This document shows positions 7,893-17,493 of a stretch of DNA of 29,655 nucleotides, piece after piece (position 1 is the stretch's first letter; the number at the start of each line of letters is the position of its first letter). A program made the position numbers and the translations under genes. The notes beneath the pieces were generated by a model. It was given only the letters and a program-made list of their open reading frames with translations, made no database searches and was not told the origin of the DNA. The DNA comes from an uncultured bacterium (GTDB lineage: Bacteria > Gemmatimonadota > Gemmatimonadetes > Gemmatimonadales > Gemmatimonadaceae), in assembly GCA_963978095.1 (NCBI GenBank), contig CAXBQP010000037.1, positions 1 through 29,655 on the forward strand, read 5' to 3'.

Positions 7893-9647
7893 ATGGCTGA
7901 TCCCCAATCGCTGACCGGAGGCGAACGTCTCGCGGCGGCGTTGGTTCGACACGACGTGCGCACGCTGTTCACGCTCGCGGGCGGTCATATCTCGCCGATC
8001 GTGGTGGCGGCCAAACAGCACGGGGTCCGGGTGATCGATGTGCGACATGAGGCCAACGCGGTGTTCGCCGCGGATGCCACGGCACGTCTCACCGGGAACA
8101 TCGGCGTGGCCGCCGTGACGGCCGGGCCCGGACTCACGAATGCCCTCACGCCGCTCCGGAATGCGCTCATGGCGCGCTCGCCGGTGGTGCTCCTGTGCGG
8201 CGCAACGGCGACGGTGCTGCGTGGGCGCGGGTCGTTGCAGGATATCGACCAAATGGCTGCGGTGCGGTCCCATGTGAAGTGGGCCGGACAGGTGGATCGT
8301 GCCGATGACCTGATCGCGATGTTCGAACGCGCGGTGGGGATGGCGTTGCATGGGGTGCGTGGTCCGGTGGCGCTGGAGTGTCCGGTCGACCTGCTCTACA
8401 ACACCGCGCTCGTCCGCGAGATGTACGGCGTGACGACGCCGCTTGGTGCGGATGCCCCCATCCGCAAGCGGGTGGAGCGCTGGTATCTGGAGCGGCATCT
8501 GGCCAAGACCCTGGGGTCGGGGGGGCTCCCGGATGTGGACATGCCGTCGCCGACCGTCGGACGTCGGCTGGCGCCGTCGACGAGTGCGGTCGCACGGGCG
8601 CGCGCCGCGCTTGATCGGGCCGAGCGGCCCGTGCTGTTGGTGGGAAGCCAGGCGATGGATGCGCCGCTCGAGGCGTCGGCGCTTGCGTCCGCGATCCGCG
8701 CACTCGGCGTGCCCACGTACCTCGCGGGGATGTCCCGTGGGCTGTTGGGTGGCTCGGACGCGATCCAATACCGTCATAAGCGCCGTGAGGCCTTGCGCGC
8801 GGCCGACTGCGTGATCCTTGCCGGGACGCCGATGGATTTCCGACTTGATTACGGGCGGCATATTGCGCATGGGGCAACGCTGATCACGGCCAACGCCGAC
8901 CCGGCGGAGCTCAAGCGGAACCGCCGTCCGACGATCGGGGTGGCCGGTGATGCCGACCTGTTCGTGCGCGCGCTCGCGTCGGAAAGGCCCCGCCAGTCGT
9001 GGGACGCGTGGCACGCCGCGATGCGCGCGCGGGAGGAGGCGCGGGACGCCGAGATCGTGGCTGGCGCCCTGGCGCCGGTGGACCCGGTGAATCCGATCGC
9101 GCTGTGCCGCGCGATCGATGCGTTGCTCGAGGACGACGCCACGATTGTCGCCGACGGTGGGGATTTCGTGGCCACGGCCGCGTACGTGCTGCGACCGCGC
9201 TCGCCGCTGACGTGGTTGGATCCCGGGGTCTTCGGAACGCTGGGGGTGGGGGCCGGCTTTGCGATGGGTGCGCGGGCGCTGCGTCCGACGGGCGACGTCT
9301 GGCTGCTGTACGGGGACGGGGCCGCCGGATTCAGTCTGCTGGAGTTCAGTACGTTGGTCCGACACGGGTTGCCGGTGATCGCGGTGATTGGCAACGATGG
9401 CGCGTGGACGCAGATTATGCGCGACCAGGTTCCCATGCTCGGGGACGACGTGGCGACCGTGTTGGGACGCGAGGACTACGACGGGGTCGCTGCGGCGCTC
9501 GGTGCCCGGGGGTTCCGGATCGCGCGACCTGACGAGGTCGAGGGGACGCTGGCCGACGCGCTCCGGGTGGCGCGCAGCGGAACGCCGGTGCTGGTGAATG
9601 TGCACATCGGGCTGACCGATTTTCGAAAAGGGGCCATATCGCTGTGA
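7893..9647 (+). CDS. Thiamine-diphosphate enzyme, acetolactate-synthase-like / 2-hydroxyacyl-CoA lyase (ILVBL/HACL2-like)
   Basis: [23 protein letters not shown] (catalytic Glu), [19 protein letters not shown] and the GDG...N ThDP motif. Confidence 0.9.
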   Translation: MADPQSLTGGERLAAALVRHDVRTLFTLAGGHISPIVVAAKQHGVRVIDVRHEANAVFAADATARLTGNIGVAAVTAGPGLTNALTPLRNALMARSPVVLLCGATATVLRGRGSLQDIDQMAAVRSHVKWAGQVDRADDLIAMFERAVGMALHGVRGPVALECPVDLLYNTALVREMYGVTTPLGADAPIRKRVERWYLERHLAKTLGSGGLPDVDMPSPTVGRRLAPSTSAVARARAALDRAERPVLLVGSQAMDAPLEASALASAIRALGVPTYLAGMSRGLLGGSDAIQYRHKRREALRAADCVILAGTPMDFRLDYGRHIAHGATLITANADPAELKRNRRPTIGVAGDADLFVRALASERPRQSWDAWHAAMRAREEARDAEIVAGALAPVDPVNPIALCRAIDALLEDDATIVADGGDFVATAAYVLRPRSPLTWLDPGVFGTLGVGAGFAMGARALRPTGDVWLLYGDGAAGFSLLEFSTLVRHGLPVIAVIGNDGAWTQIMRDQVPMLGDDVATVLGREDYDGVAAALGARGFRIARPDEVEGTLADALRVARSGTPVLVNVHIGLTDFRKGAISL

Positions 9648-11635
9648 TGCCGATTCGCGGGCGTTGGTTGGCGACAACGGGATTGCTGCTGTTGGCCTGC
9701 AGCGGTGGCGGCGGCAGTACGCCCACGGCTCCGACGGCGCCCGTGGTGCCGGTGGCCACCAAGTACATCGTCAGCGCGTCCAGCACCTCGCCGACCGCCG
9801 GATCGAGCGTCACCGTGACGGCGCAGTTGGCAACAAGCAGCGGCGCGAGCGTGGCGACAAGCGGACGCTCCGTGAGCTGGAGCAGCAGTGGTACGGGAGG
9901 GAGCTTCACGAGCTCCAGCACGACCACCGATGCGACGGGCAAAGCCTCGGCGGTATTCACTACCGGGACCACGGCGGGGGGGAGCTATACCTTCACGGCG
10001 ACCGACAACGCCGGGATCAGTGGACAATCCGCGACGGTCACGACCGTGGCCGCGGTCCCGTCGACGACGGCGAGCACGATCACGGCCGCGGCATCGAGCA
10101 TTCCCGCGAATGGCACGAGCAGCGTCGTGATCACGGTCCAGCTGCGCGATGCCGCCGGGACGGCACTGCAGGCCTCGGGGGGAACGCTCACGATGTCCAC
10201 CACCAAGGGAACGCTCTCGGCGGTCACCGACAGCGCGAACGGCCGGTATGTCGCGACCTTGCGGTCCACGTTCGGCGCCCAGACGGCCACGGTCACGGCG
10301 TCGCTCGCTGGCACGGCGCTCTCACAGACGGCGTCGGTGGGCTTCACCGTTGGCGCGGCCGCCAAGTACTCGCTGACGGCATCGCCGGCGGCGCCGGTCG
10401 CCGGGCAACCGATGACGGTGAGCGCCCAGTTGTTGGACGCGAACGATGCCCCGGTGGCCACCGCGGGACGCGTGGTCACGTGGTCGAAGAACGCCAGCAC
10501 CGGCAGTTTTGCGTCGGCGACCACCACCACCGACGCGTCGGGTGTGGCGACGGTGTCGTTCACCAGCGATCCGGTCGTGGGCTCGTACACGTTCACCGCG
10601 ACCGACAATGGTGGAGTGGCGGGGAGCACCGCAACGGCGGTGCGGACCGTCGCTGGTCCGGGTGTCTCGTACACCGTGGCCACGACGGTGACGCAACTTA
10701 TCGCTGGCGGTGCGGCGGCGTTCACGGCGCAGCTGCGCGATGCCGCAGGGAATGCCGCCCAAGGCATGGGACTGAACAAGAGCGTGACGTGGTCGACGAC
10801 GAGCACGGGGGGAAGCTTTTCGTCCGCGACGTCGCCGCTGGACAGTGGGGGCGTCGCGCGCGTGACGCTCACCGTGGGCTCGACGGTGGGCCAGGCGCTC
10901 ACCGTTTCGGCGACGGACGGCCAGGGGATCACCGGGCGGTCACCGTCGTACACGGCGACGGCCGGGACGATCACGTCGGTGGCACTCACCAGCACGCGAA
11001 TCGTGGTCATCGATTCGGGCGCGACGTCGACCGCCACCTTCCAGGCTCTCAATGAGTTCGGCCTCCCCCTCCCCGCGAACTTGACCTACGCGGTTCGCGG
11101 TAATGCGGCCACCGTGTCGTCCGGCGGCGTCATCACGGGGGCACGGGTAGGACAAGCGATGGTCGTGGCGTTCGATGCGTCGGGGACCGTCGGGGATTCG
11201 GCGCTGGTGGCGGTCACCTCGCCGACGGGCCCGCTACTGCGCACCGACGTGACGGCGTTCGACCTCAAGAAGGATACGGTGCGCACGGTGACAATCGTGG
11301 CCGACATGCGGTCGTCCGGCGAGAAGCTCGGAGCGGTGACCGTGCAGGTTCTGTGGGATCCGACGGCGTTGACCTACGTGAGCGACGCCGAGGGGGCGAA
11401 CAACGCCGGCGCCTCGGTGAACGCGACCAACGCGGCCAACGGCTCACTGACCCTGAGTGCGGCCTCCTCCACCGGGTTCGCATTCGTGGAGCTGCGACGC
11501 ATCACGTTCCGCGTGGCCAACGCCTCGAAGCGGGGATCCTTGCAGCTGCTCGCGTCGGAGTTCGTGACGGCCGGGACGTTCACCTCGTTGTTGGCCAAGA
11601 CGCTGGTGCTCTCGTATCCCTTTTACACCCGCTAG
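9647..11635 (+). CDS. Lipoprotein with four Big_1/invasin-type Ig domains, one Big_2-like domain and a C-terminal cohesin-like domain (scaffoldin-like)
   Basis: Lipobox LLA-C; ~100-aa repeats (TVTAQL..TTTDA.G.A..SYTFTATDN); C-terminal TVTIVADM..LGAVTVQVLWDPTALTYVS..NGSLTL..LRRITFRV. The start overlaps the previous stop (TGATG). Confidence 0.8.
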   Translation: MPIRGRWLATTGLLLLACSGGGGSTPTAPTAPVVPVATKYIVSASSTSPTAGSSVTVTAQLATSSGASVATSGRSVSWSSSGTGGSFTSSSTTTDATGKASAVFTTGTTAGGSYTFTATDNAGISGQSATVTTVAAVPSTTASTITAAASSIPANGTSSVVITVQLRDAAGTALQASGGTLTMSTTKGTLSAVTDSANGRYVATLRSTFGAQTATVTASLAGTALSQTASVGFTVGAAAKYSLTASPAAPVAGQPMTVSAQLLDANDAPVATAGRVVTWSKNASTGSFASATTTTDASGVATVSFTSDPVVGSYTFTATDNGGVAGSTATAVRTVAGPGVSYTVATTVTQLIAGGAAAFTAQLRDAAGNAAQGMGLNKSVTWSTTSTGGSFSSATSPLDSGGVARVTLTVGSTVGQALTVSATDGQGITGRSPSYTATAGTITSVALTSTRIVVIDSGATSTATFQALNEFGLPLPANLTYAVRGNAATVSSGGVITGARVGQAMVVAFDASGTVGDSALVAVTSPTGPLLRTDVTAFDLKKDTVRTVTIVADMRSSGEKLGAVTVQVLWDPTALTYVSDAEGANNAGASVNATNAANGSLTLSAASSTGFAFVELRRITFRVANASKRGSLQLLASEFVTAGTFTSLLAKTLVLSYPFYTR

Positions 11636-11644
11636 GAGTTGCCC

Positions 11645-12178
11645 GTGTCGATTGTGACCTCGCCGAGCGCCCGACGCCACGCCGTGATGATCGGCGCATC
11701 GCTCATTCTCGCCAGCGCGTGCACGGACCGGAGCACGCCGGTCATCACGGCGCCGCCGACGGTGTCGTCCGCCAGCATGGTTGCGTACCTCTCCGTCTCG
11801 AGGAGTGCGGTTCTCACCGGTGACGAGCTCACGGTCAGCGCGAACGTTCGCCTGGGCACGGGCACTCCGCGCGTTGGCAGTTATCTCGCGCGGATGTCCT
11901 ACGACCCGGCCCAGTTGGAGTTTCTCGGTGAGGCGCCGGTGGATGCCGGGGCGCATGCCGTGAATCCGCAGCCCGGACAGATCACGGTCGCCGGGGCGGC
12001 GGCTGATGGCATCACGAGTGAACGATTGTTCGTGATGCGCTTCAAGGTGACGGGCGCGCGCCCCCTTTCCGCGCTGCAGCTGGACGTGCAGGAGCTGAAC
12101 GACGTCGCGTACGGCGTGAGAACCGCGTCGCTCCAACGGAAGTCCGCACTGTACCTTGACGCGCTGACGTCCCCGTGA
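11645..12178 (+). CDS. Small lipoprotein with a single cohesin-like domain
   Basis: GTG at 11645 lies 6 nt after AGGAG; lipobox ASA-C; GDELTVSANV..VGSYLARMSYDPAQLEFL..PGQITVAGA..LFVMRFKV. Confidence 0.75.
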   Translation: MSIVTSPSARRHAVMIGASLILASACTDRSTPVITAPPTVSSASMVAYLSVSRSAVLTGDELTVSANVRLGTGTPRVGSYLARMSYDPAQLEFLGEAPVDAGAHAVNPQPGQITVAGAAADGITSERLFVMRFKVTGARPLSALQLDVQELNDVAYGVRTASLQRKSALYLDALTSP

Positions 12179-12981
12179 TGCGACCCATCGTCGTTGGGTG
12201 CCTGACGCTCGCCACGCTGGGCGCTGAAGCCCTGCGCGCGCAGGCGGGATGCCCCACGACGGTCCCGGCCGGTAGCCCGGCGCGTGTCTCGCTCACCACG
12301 GTTGCCGGTGCCCGGCACGACACGCTCACCAAGGTGCGGATCTGCCTGGCATTCCCACCCGGGATGACGGTGGGGAGCTTTCACCTGGAGATCAGCTACG
12401 ACTCCCTGCGTGCCACGGCGACTGCGACACAGGCGGCGTCGACCGGGACGCAGGCCGCGAACCTCCTGGTTCCCGGCAAGGTGGCGATCGCGGGCGCGGC
12501 GCCCACGGGGTTCGCGCACGGGACCTTGCACACGATCACGTTCCGGCGCCGCGGCGGTGCGGTCGGCGCCATGCGACTGACGCTGATCGAGTTGAACGCC
12601 GTGGATGGCGGGAGCCTCCTGCCCCGCGCGGTGGTCCTCGGGCTCGGCGGCGCATCGACGCCCGCCGCTGCGCGAGCGGCAGCGCCCGTATTGGCGCGCC
12701 TGGAGCCTTCGACTACCGCGCTGGTCCCTGGGGGTGTCGCCCAGGTGATGATCCACGGAAGCGGATTCACGAGCACGGGCAATGTAGTGATGTTCGGTGC
12801 GGCAGTGCTTGGGGAGCTGCCCTCGAGCGACGGGAGCACGCTACGTTTGCTCGTGCCGAACGCGTGGCCCTCGAGTGGCGAGGCACCGCCGCGCGTGATA
12901 GAGCCCGGGGTATATCCGATCCGCGTCCGCAACACGGGCGGGCTGAGCAATACGATCTCTCTGACGCTGACGATTCCATGA
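12178..12981 (+). CDS. Secreted protein with a cohesin-like domain and an IPT/TIG domain
   Basis: Signal peptide (ALRA|Q); VGSFHLEISYDS..PGKVAIAGA..GTLHTITFR; Ala/Pro linker; PVLARLEPS..IHGSGF..V.FG..PGVYPIRVRNTGGLSN. TGATG overlap with the previous gene. Confidence 0.72.
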   Translation: MRPIVVGCLTLATLGAEALRAQAGCPTTVPAGSPARVSLTTVAGARHDTLTKVRICLAFPPGMTVGSFHLEISYDSLRATATATQAASTGTQAANLLVPGKVAIAGAAPTGFAHGTLHTITFRRRGGAVGAMRLTLIELNAVDGGSLLPRAVVLGLGGASTPAAARAAAPVLARLEPSTTALVPGGVAQVMIHGSGFTSTGNVVMFGAAVLGELPSSDGSTLRLLVPNAWPSSGEAPPRVIEPGVYPIRVRNTGGLSNTISLTLTIP

Positions 12982-15473
12982 TTCCTACCCAGGTCCGGCG
13001 CATCGCCGTGACAGATCGAACGTGGCACCCACGCGGCGTACGAGCGGTCGCGGTGTCGTTGCTGTTGTTGGCCGCCGCCCGCGTCCTGCCGGCCCAGGAC
13101 GACGATCCGTTGCGGCGTGAGGGGTATTTCTATCAACAACGGGCGTTCCCCGGCGACCGGATCCCGGCGCAGGCCCTCAACAACGCGCTCTCACAGATGT
13201 ACCAGCGCTGGCCGCAGACGCGCAGCGGACGGTCCGCAAGCCCGTACGCGTCGCTCGTCAACTCGTTCTCGTCCTGGACGTCGATCGGGCCTGCTCCCAT
13301 CGGACTGAGCGGGGTGGGCAACGAGACGGCCGGCCGCATCACCAGCATCGCCATCGACCCGAAGAACTCCCAGACCTTGTACATCGGCGGCGCAACGGGT
13401 GGCGTGTGGAAGACGACCAACGGAGGCACGACCTGGACCCCGTTGACGGACAACGAGTGCGGACTGGCGATCGGCAGCGTCGCGGTCGATCCGGTGAACC
13501 CGCAGATCGTGTACGCGGGCACCGGCGAGGAGAACTTCTCGTCGGACAGCTATCAGGGGTGCGGCGTCTTGCGCTCCACGAACGGCGGTGCGACTTGGAC
13601 GCAACTGGGCGCGACCACCTTCATTTCGGCGAGCGGCACGGCGAGCCGTATCGGGAAGCTCGTGATCGATCCCGCATCGGCGGGCTCGACCACGACCACT
13701 ACGCTCTTCGCCGCCAGCCAAACCGGCCTGTGGAAGTCGGACAACAGCGGGTCGACCTGGACCCTGTCGCTCGCCGGAATCATGACCGACATGGTCGCGG
13801 ACCCTACGACACCGGGCGTCTTCACCGTCGCCGTCGGTTCCACGAGTGGTCCGTCGATCAACGGGATCTACCGTACCACGGATTACGGCGCGAACTGGAC
13901 CAAGCTCTCGGGTGGTCTACCGACCTCGAGCGTGGGACGTATTGCCTTGGGGATGTCGCCGAGCATGCCGAACGTCCTGTACGCGGCGGTGCAGACGACG
14001 TCGGCGAACACGTTGCTGGGGATCTGGAAGACCTTCGACGCCGGCAACACGTGGACGAAGTTGGCCGCCACGAATGCGTCGTGCAGCACGCAATGCTGGT
14101 ACAATCTCGTGCTGGCGGTGGACCCGTCGCAACCGGACCGCGTCATGTTCGGTGGCGTATCGCTCTACGCTTCTTCGGACGGCGGCATCAGTTTCAGCAC
14201 GATGGGATCGGGAGTCGTCCACGTGGATCATCACGCCTTTGTCTTCGACCCGGCGACGCCGGGCACGATGTACTCGGGCAACGACGGCGGGATCTTCCGA
14301 TCGGTTGACGGAGGGGTCAGCTGGGTCAGCCTCAATACGAATCTCGCGTTGACGCAGTTCTATCCCGGCATTTCCGTGCACCCGACCGACGCGAGCATCA
14401 TCGTCGGCGGCGCCCAAGATAACGGCACGATGCAGTGGAGCGGCGTGGCGCGATGGGCAACCGTGCCGATCGGTGGCGACGGCGGATTCACGGCAATGGA
14501 CTTTCGTACGGGCAATACCACGTTCGGCAGTTGCCAGTGGCCCTCATGCACGCCGTTTCGTCGTGACGCCCCCTCGACGAGTTTCCGCGCGAAGGGAACG
14601 GGACTCGTCTCGAGCGATCGAGGCGCCTTCATCCCACCGATGGTCATGGATCCGGTCAATCCGGCCGTGCTCTACTTCGGCACCTATCGGCTCTACCGCA
14701 CCGCGAACTCGGGGGACCTCTGGGCGCCAGTGTCGGGCGACGTCACCAACGGGACCGGAACGATCCGCACGATCGCGATCGCACCGACGGATACCGCGAC
14801 GATCTATGTGGGCTCCTCCGACGGCGCCGTGCAGGTCTCCACGGACGTCGGCGTGACCTGGACGAACATCTCGGCGGGACTGCCGCTCAAGAGCGTGACC
14901 TACATCGCGGTCGACCCGCGGGACCCGCGCACGGCGTATGTGACGCTGAGCGGGTTCGGGTCGGGACATGTCTGGAGGACCACGAACCGGGGCGCGAGCT
15001 GGACGGATATCTCGTATGACCTGCCGAATGTCCCGGTGAACACCGTGGTCCTGCAGCGCGGGAGTCGTGAGCTGGACATCGGCACCGACATCGGCGTCTT
15101 CGCGCTCCCGGAGGGGCTGACGACCTGGCAGCCACTCGCCGCAGGGCTGCCGAACACGGTGGTGCACGATCTGGTCTATGATGGGAAACGCGGCCGGTTG
15201 ATTGCTGCGACGCACGGTCGCGGAATGTTCACGCTGGCGGTCGCCGGTTCCGCCCTTAGGGGCAACGTCACCGCGACGGGGACGCTCAGTGCGTTGGATG
15301 CCCAGGCGATCCTTGCCGCGGTCGTTGGCCTTCCCCTCCCTGCGGGTGCCAAGCGCTTCCCGCATGGGGACGCGAACTGCGATGGCGACGTGACGGCGGT
15401 GGATGCATTAGTCGTCTTGTCGAAGTTGGTCGGGCTCCCGACCGGGACGGCGTGTGTGGGGACGGTTCGCTAG
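12978..15473 (+). CDS. Secreted Asp-box (BNR) / VPS10-like beta-propeller protein with a C-terminal dockerin-like domain
   Basis: ATGA overlap; signal peptide; about ten [ST]xDxGxxW-type boxes (KTTNGGTTW, RSTNGGATW, RTTDYGANW, RSVDGGVSW, VSTDVGVTW...); C-terminal GNVTATGTLSALDAQAIL...GDANCDGDVTAVDALVVL. Confidence 0.85.
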   Translation: MIPTQVRRIAVTDRTWHPRGVRAVAVSLLLLAAARVLPAQDDDPLRREGYFYQQRAFPGDRIPAQALNNALSQMYQRWPQTRSGRSASPYASLVNSFSSWTSIGPAPIGLSGVGNETAGRITSIAIDPKNSQTLYIGGATGGVWKTTNGGTTWTPLTDNECGLAIGSVAVDPVNPQIVYAGTGEENFSSDSYQGCGVLRSTNGGATWTQLGATTFISASGTASRIGKLVIDPASAGSTTTTTLFAASQTGLWKSDNSGSTWTLSLAGIMTDMVADPTTPGVFTVAVGSTSGPSINGIYRTTDYGANWTKLSGGLPTSSVGRIALGMSPSMPNVLYAAVQTTSANTLLGIWKTFDAGNTWTKLAATNASCSTQCWYNLVLAVDPSQPDRVMFGGVSLYASSDGGISFSTMGSGVVHVDHHAFVFDPATPGTMYSGNDGGIFRSVDGGVSWVSLNTNLALTQFYPGISVHPTDASIIVGGAQDNGTMQWSGVARWATVPIGGDGGFTAMDFRTGNTTFGSCQWPSCTPFRRDAPSTSFRAKGTGLVSSDRGAFIPPMVMDPVNPAVLYFGTYRLYRTANSGDLWAPVSGDVTNGTGTIRTIAIAPTDTATIYVGSSDGAVQVSTDVGVTWTNISAGLPLKSVTYIAVDPRDPRTAYVTLSGFGSGHVWRTTNRGASWTDISYDLPNVPVNTVVLQRGSRELDIGTDIGVFALPEGLTTWQPLAAGLPNTVVHDLVYDGKRGRLIAATHGRGMFTLAVAGSALRGNVTATGTLSALDAQAILAAVVGLPLPAGAKRFPHGDANCDGDVTAVDALVVLSKLVGLPTGTACVGTVR

Positions 15474-15578
15474 CCCGTCCTTGTCCCGAACGGGAGCGAC
15501 GGGTACGTTTCAGGACTGAACGATTGCTCCGGCGCCGCGCCATGCGGCAGTTTCAACCGGATCGATTCGCCCGCTCGG

Positions 15579-15652
15579 GCGCGAGTAGCTCAGCTGGATA
15601 GAGCGTTGCCCTCCGGAGGCAAAGGTCGTGGGTTCGAATCCCTCCTCGCGCA
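15579..15652 (+). tRNA. tRNA-Arg(CCG), CCA not encoded
   Basis: Cloverleaf: GCGCGAG/CTCGCGC acceptor stem, GCTC/GAGC D-stem, TTGCC-CTCCGGA-GGCAA anticodon arm (CCG at 15613-15615), TTCGAAT T-loop. Confidence 0.95.
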
Positions 15653-15733
15653 TGCAGTGCCCCTCCCCCTTCCTTCGCAGCCGCGCGTTTCCTGACGTCC
15701 GCTGCGATATGCCCGCTGATCTTCGCCAGCTTC

Positions 15734-16990
15734 GTGGACATCGCTGAACTTCGTCGAACACCGATCGCCGGCTTGCAGGATATGGCGAACGGGCTCCGAA
15801 TTCCCAACACCTCCGGGCTGCGCAAGCAGGAGCTGATCTTCCGGATCGAGCAGACGCTGCTCGCGCAGGATGTGGCGCTCCGGGCCGAGGGGACGCTGGA
15901 AGTCACCCCGGAAGGGTTCGGATTCCTGCGATCCGCTGACTACAACTACTTGGCGGGGCCGGACGACGTCTACGTGTCGCAGACCCAGATCAAGCGGCTC
16001 AATATCCGGACGGGCGACACCATCCGCGGCCGCGTGCGACCGGCCAAGACCTGGGAGAAGTATCTCGCGTTGCTGCAGGTGGAGTCGATCAACGGTCTTC
16101 CGCCTGAGGCCATCCTCACGCGGGTCACCTTCGACAACCTCCGGCCGCGCTATCCGGACCAGCGGATCCGCCTGGAGGCGCCCTCCGGCGACCTCTCGAT
16201 GCGCGTCATGGATCTGATCGCCCCGATCGGCAAGGGACAGCGCGGTCTGATCGTCGCCCCGCCGCGTGCGGGCAAGACGATTCTCCTGCAGAAGATGGCC
16301 AATGCCATCGCCGAGAATCACCCCGAGGTGACGCTCATCGTCCTGCTCATCGACGAGCGGCCGGAGGAGGTCACGGATTTCATCGCGTCGGTACCGAGCG
16401 CCGAGGTCGTGAGTTCGACCTTCGACGAGCAGGCGTCGCGGCATGTGCAGGTCGCCGACATGGTGATCGAGAAGGCCAAGCGGCTGGTCGAGACGGGACG
16501 GGACGTCGTGATCCTGCTGGATTCGATCACGCGCCTCGCGCGCGCCCACAACACGGTCACGCCGATGTCCGGCAAGATCCTGTCGGGCGGTGTGGACGCC
16601 AAGGCGATGGAGAAGCCCAAGCGGTTCTTCGGCGCGGCGCGGCGCATCGACGGCGGGGGATCACTGACGATCGTCGCCACGGCACTCGTGAACACCGGCT
16701 CCCGGATGGACGAGGTGATCTTCGAGGAGTTCAAGGGCACCGGCAACATGGAGTTGGTGCTCGATCGCGAGATCGCGAATCGACGGGTGTTCCCGGCGAT
16801 CGACATGCTCAAGTCCGGGACGCGCAAGGAGGAGCTCCTTCTCTCGGAGACGGAGAAGAACCGCGCGTTCCTGATTCGGCATTTCCTGGGCGACATGGCC
16901 GCGGAGGACGCCATCGTCTTCTTGCTGCGCCGGATGGGGCGCACCAAGTCGAACGAGGAGTTCTTCGCGCGGATGGCGGAGGGCGAGTGA
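15734..16990 (+). CDS. rho: Transcription termination factor Rho
   Basis: [78 protein letters not shown]. Confidence 0.98.
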   Translation: MDIAELRRTPIAGLQDMANGLRIPNTSGLRKQELIFRIEQTLLAQDVALRAEGTLEVTPEGFGFLRSADYNYLAGPDDVYVSQTQIKRLNIRTGDTIRGRVRPAKTWEKYLALLQVESINGLPPEAILTRVTFDNLRPRYPDQRIRLEAPSGDLSMRVMDLIAPIGKGQRGLIVAPPRAGKTILLQKMANAIAENHPEVTLIVLLIDERPEEVTDFIASVPSAEVVSSTFDEQASRHVQVADMVIEKAKRLVETGRDVVILLDSITRLARAHNTVTPMSGKILSGGVDAKAMEKPKRFFGAARRIDGGGSLTIVATALVNTGSRMDEVIFEEFKGTGNMELVLDREIANRRVFPAIDMLKSGTRKEELLLSETEKNRAFLIRHFLGDMAAEDAIVFLLRRMGRTKSNEEFFARMAEGE

Positions 16991-17493
16991 CCGACGCTGG
17001 CCGCGGCTCTCCGCTCTCCGGGCGCGGGCGCTGGATGGCGATCGACCTCGGCGACCGTCGCGTCGGCGTGGCCATCAGTGACCCCACGGGGACGATTGCC
17101 TCACCGGCCGGGTTCATCGAACGCCGGCCGGGCAAGCGACCGCCGCTGATGGCGCTGCTCGCGCGAGCGGAGGAACTCGACGCGTCCGCCTTCGTGGTGG
17201 GACTCGCGCTGGACGGTGATGGCGAGGACACGCCGCGCGCGGCCGAGGCGCGCCGCATGGCAGACGAACTGCGCGCCCGGACCGGCCGGGCGGCGTATCT
17301 GGTGGACGAGCGATTCACCACCGCGCAGGCGCTCCGCGCGATCGCCGAGATGGAGGGCTCGACCCGTGGGCGCAAGGGCGACGTGGACGCGCTCGCGGCC
17401 ACGATGTTGCTGCAGCATGCGCTCCGGTCGCATGAGTTGCGGGAGGCCGCGGGCGTCGCGGCACCGGACGCGGAGATTTCCCCTCGTGCGTAA
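16987..17493 (+). CDS. ruvX: YqgF/RuvX Holliday-junction-resolvase-like pre-16S rRNA nuclease
   Basis: [36 protein letters not shown] overlap with rho. Confidence 0.93.
   Translation: MTDAGRGSPLSGRGRWMAIDLGDRRVGVAISDPTGTIASPAGFIERRPGKRPPLMALLARAEELDASAFVVGLALDGDGEDTPRAAEARRMADELRARTGRAAYLVDERFTTAQALRAIAEMEGSTRGRKGDVDALAATMLLQHALRSHELREAAGVAAPDAEISPRA

Noticed and set aside
9647..15473. True cellulosome, or an island integrated at tRNA-Arg
   Set aside because: No recognisable cellulase, CBM3 or multi-cohesin scaffoldin; the operon is 5' of the tRNA with host-like GC, and there is no integrase or tRNA-Arg duplication.
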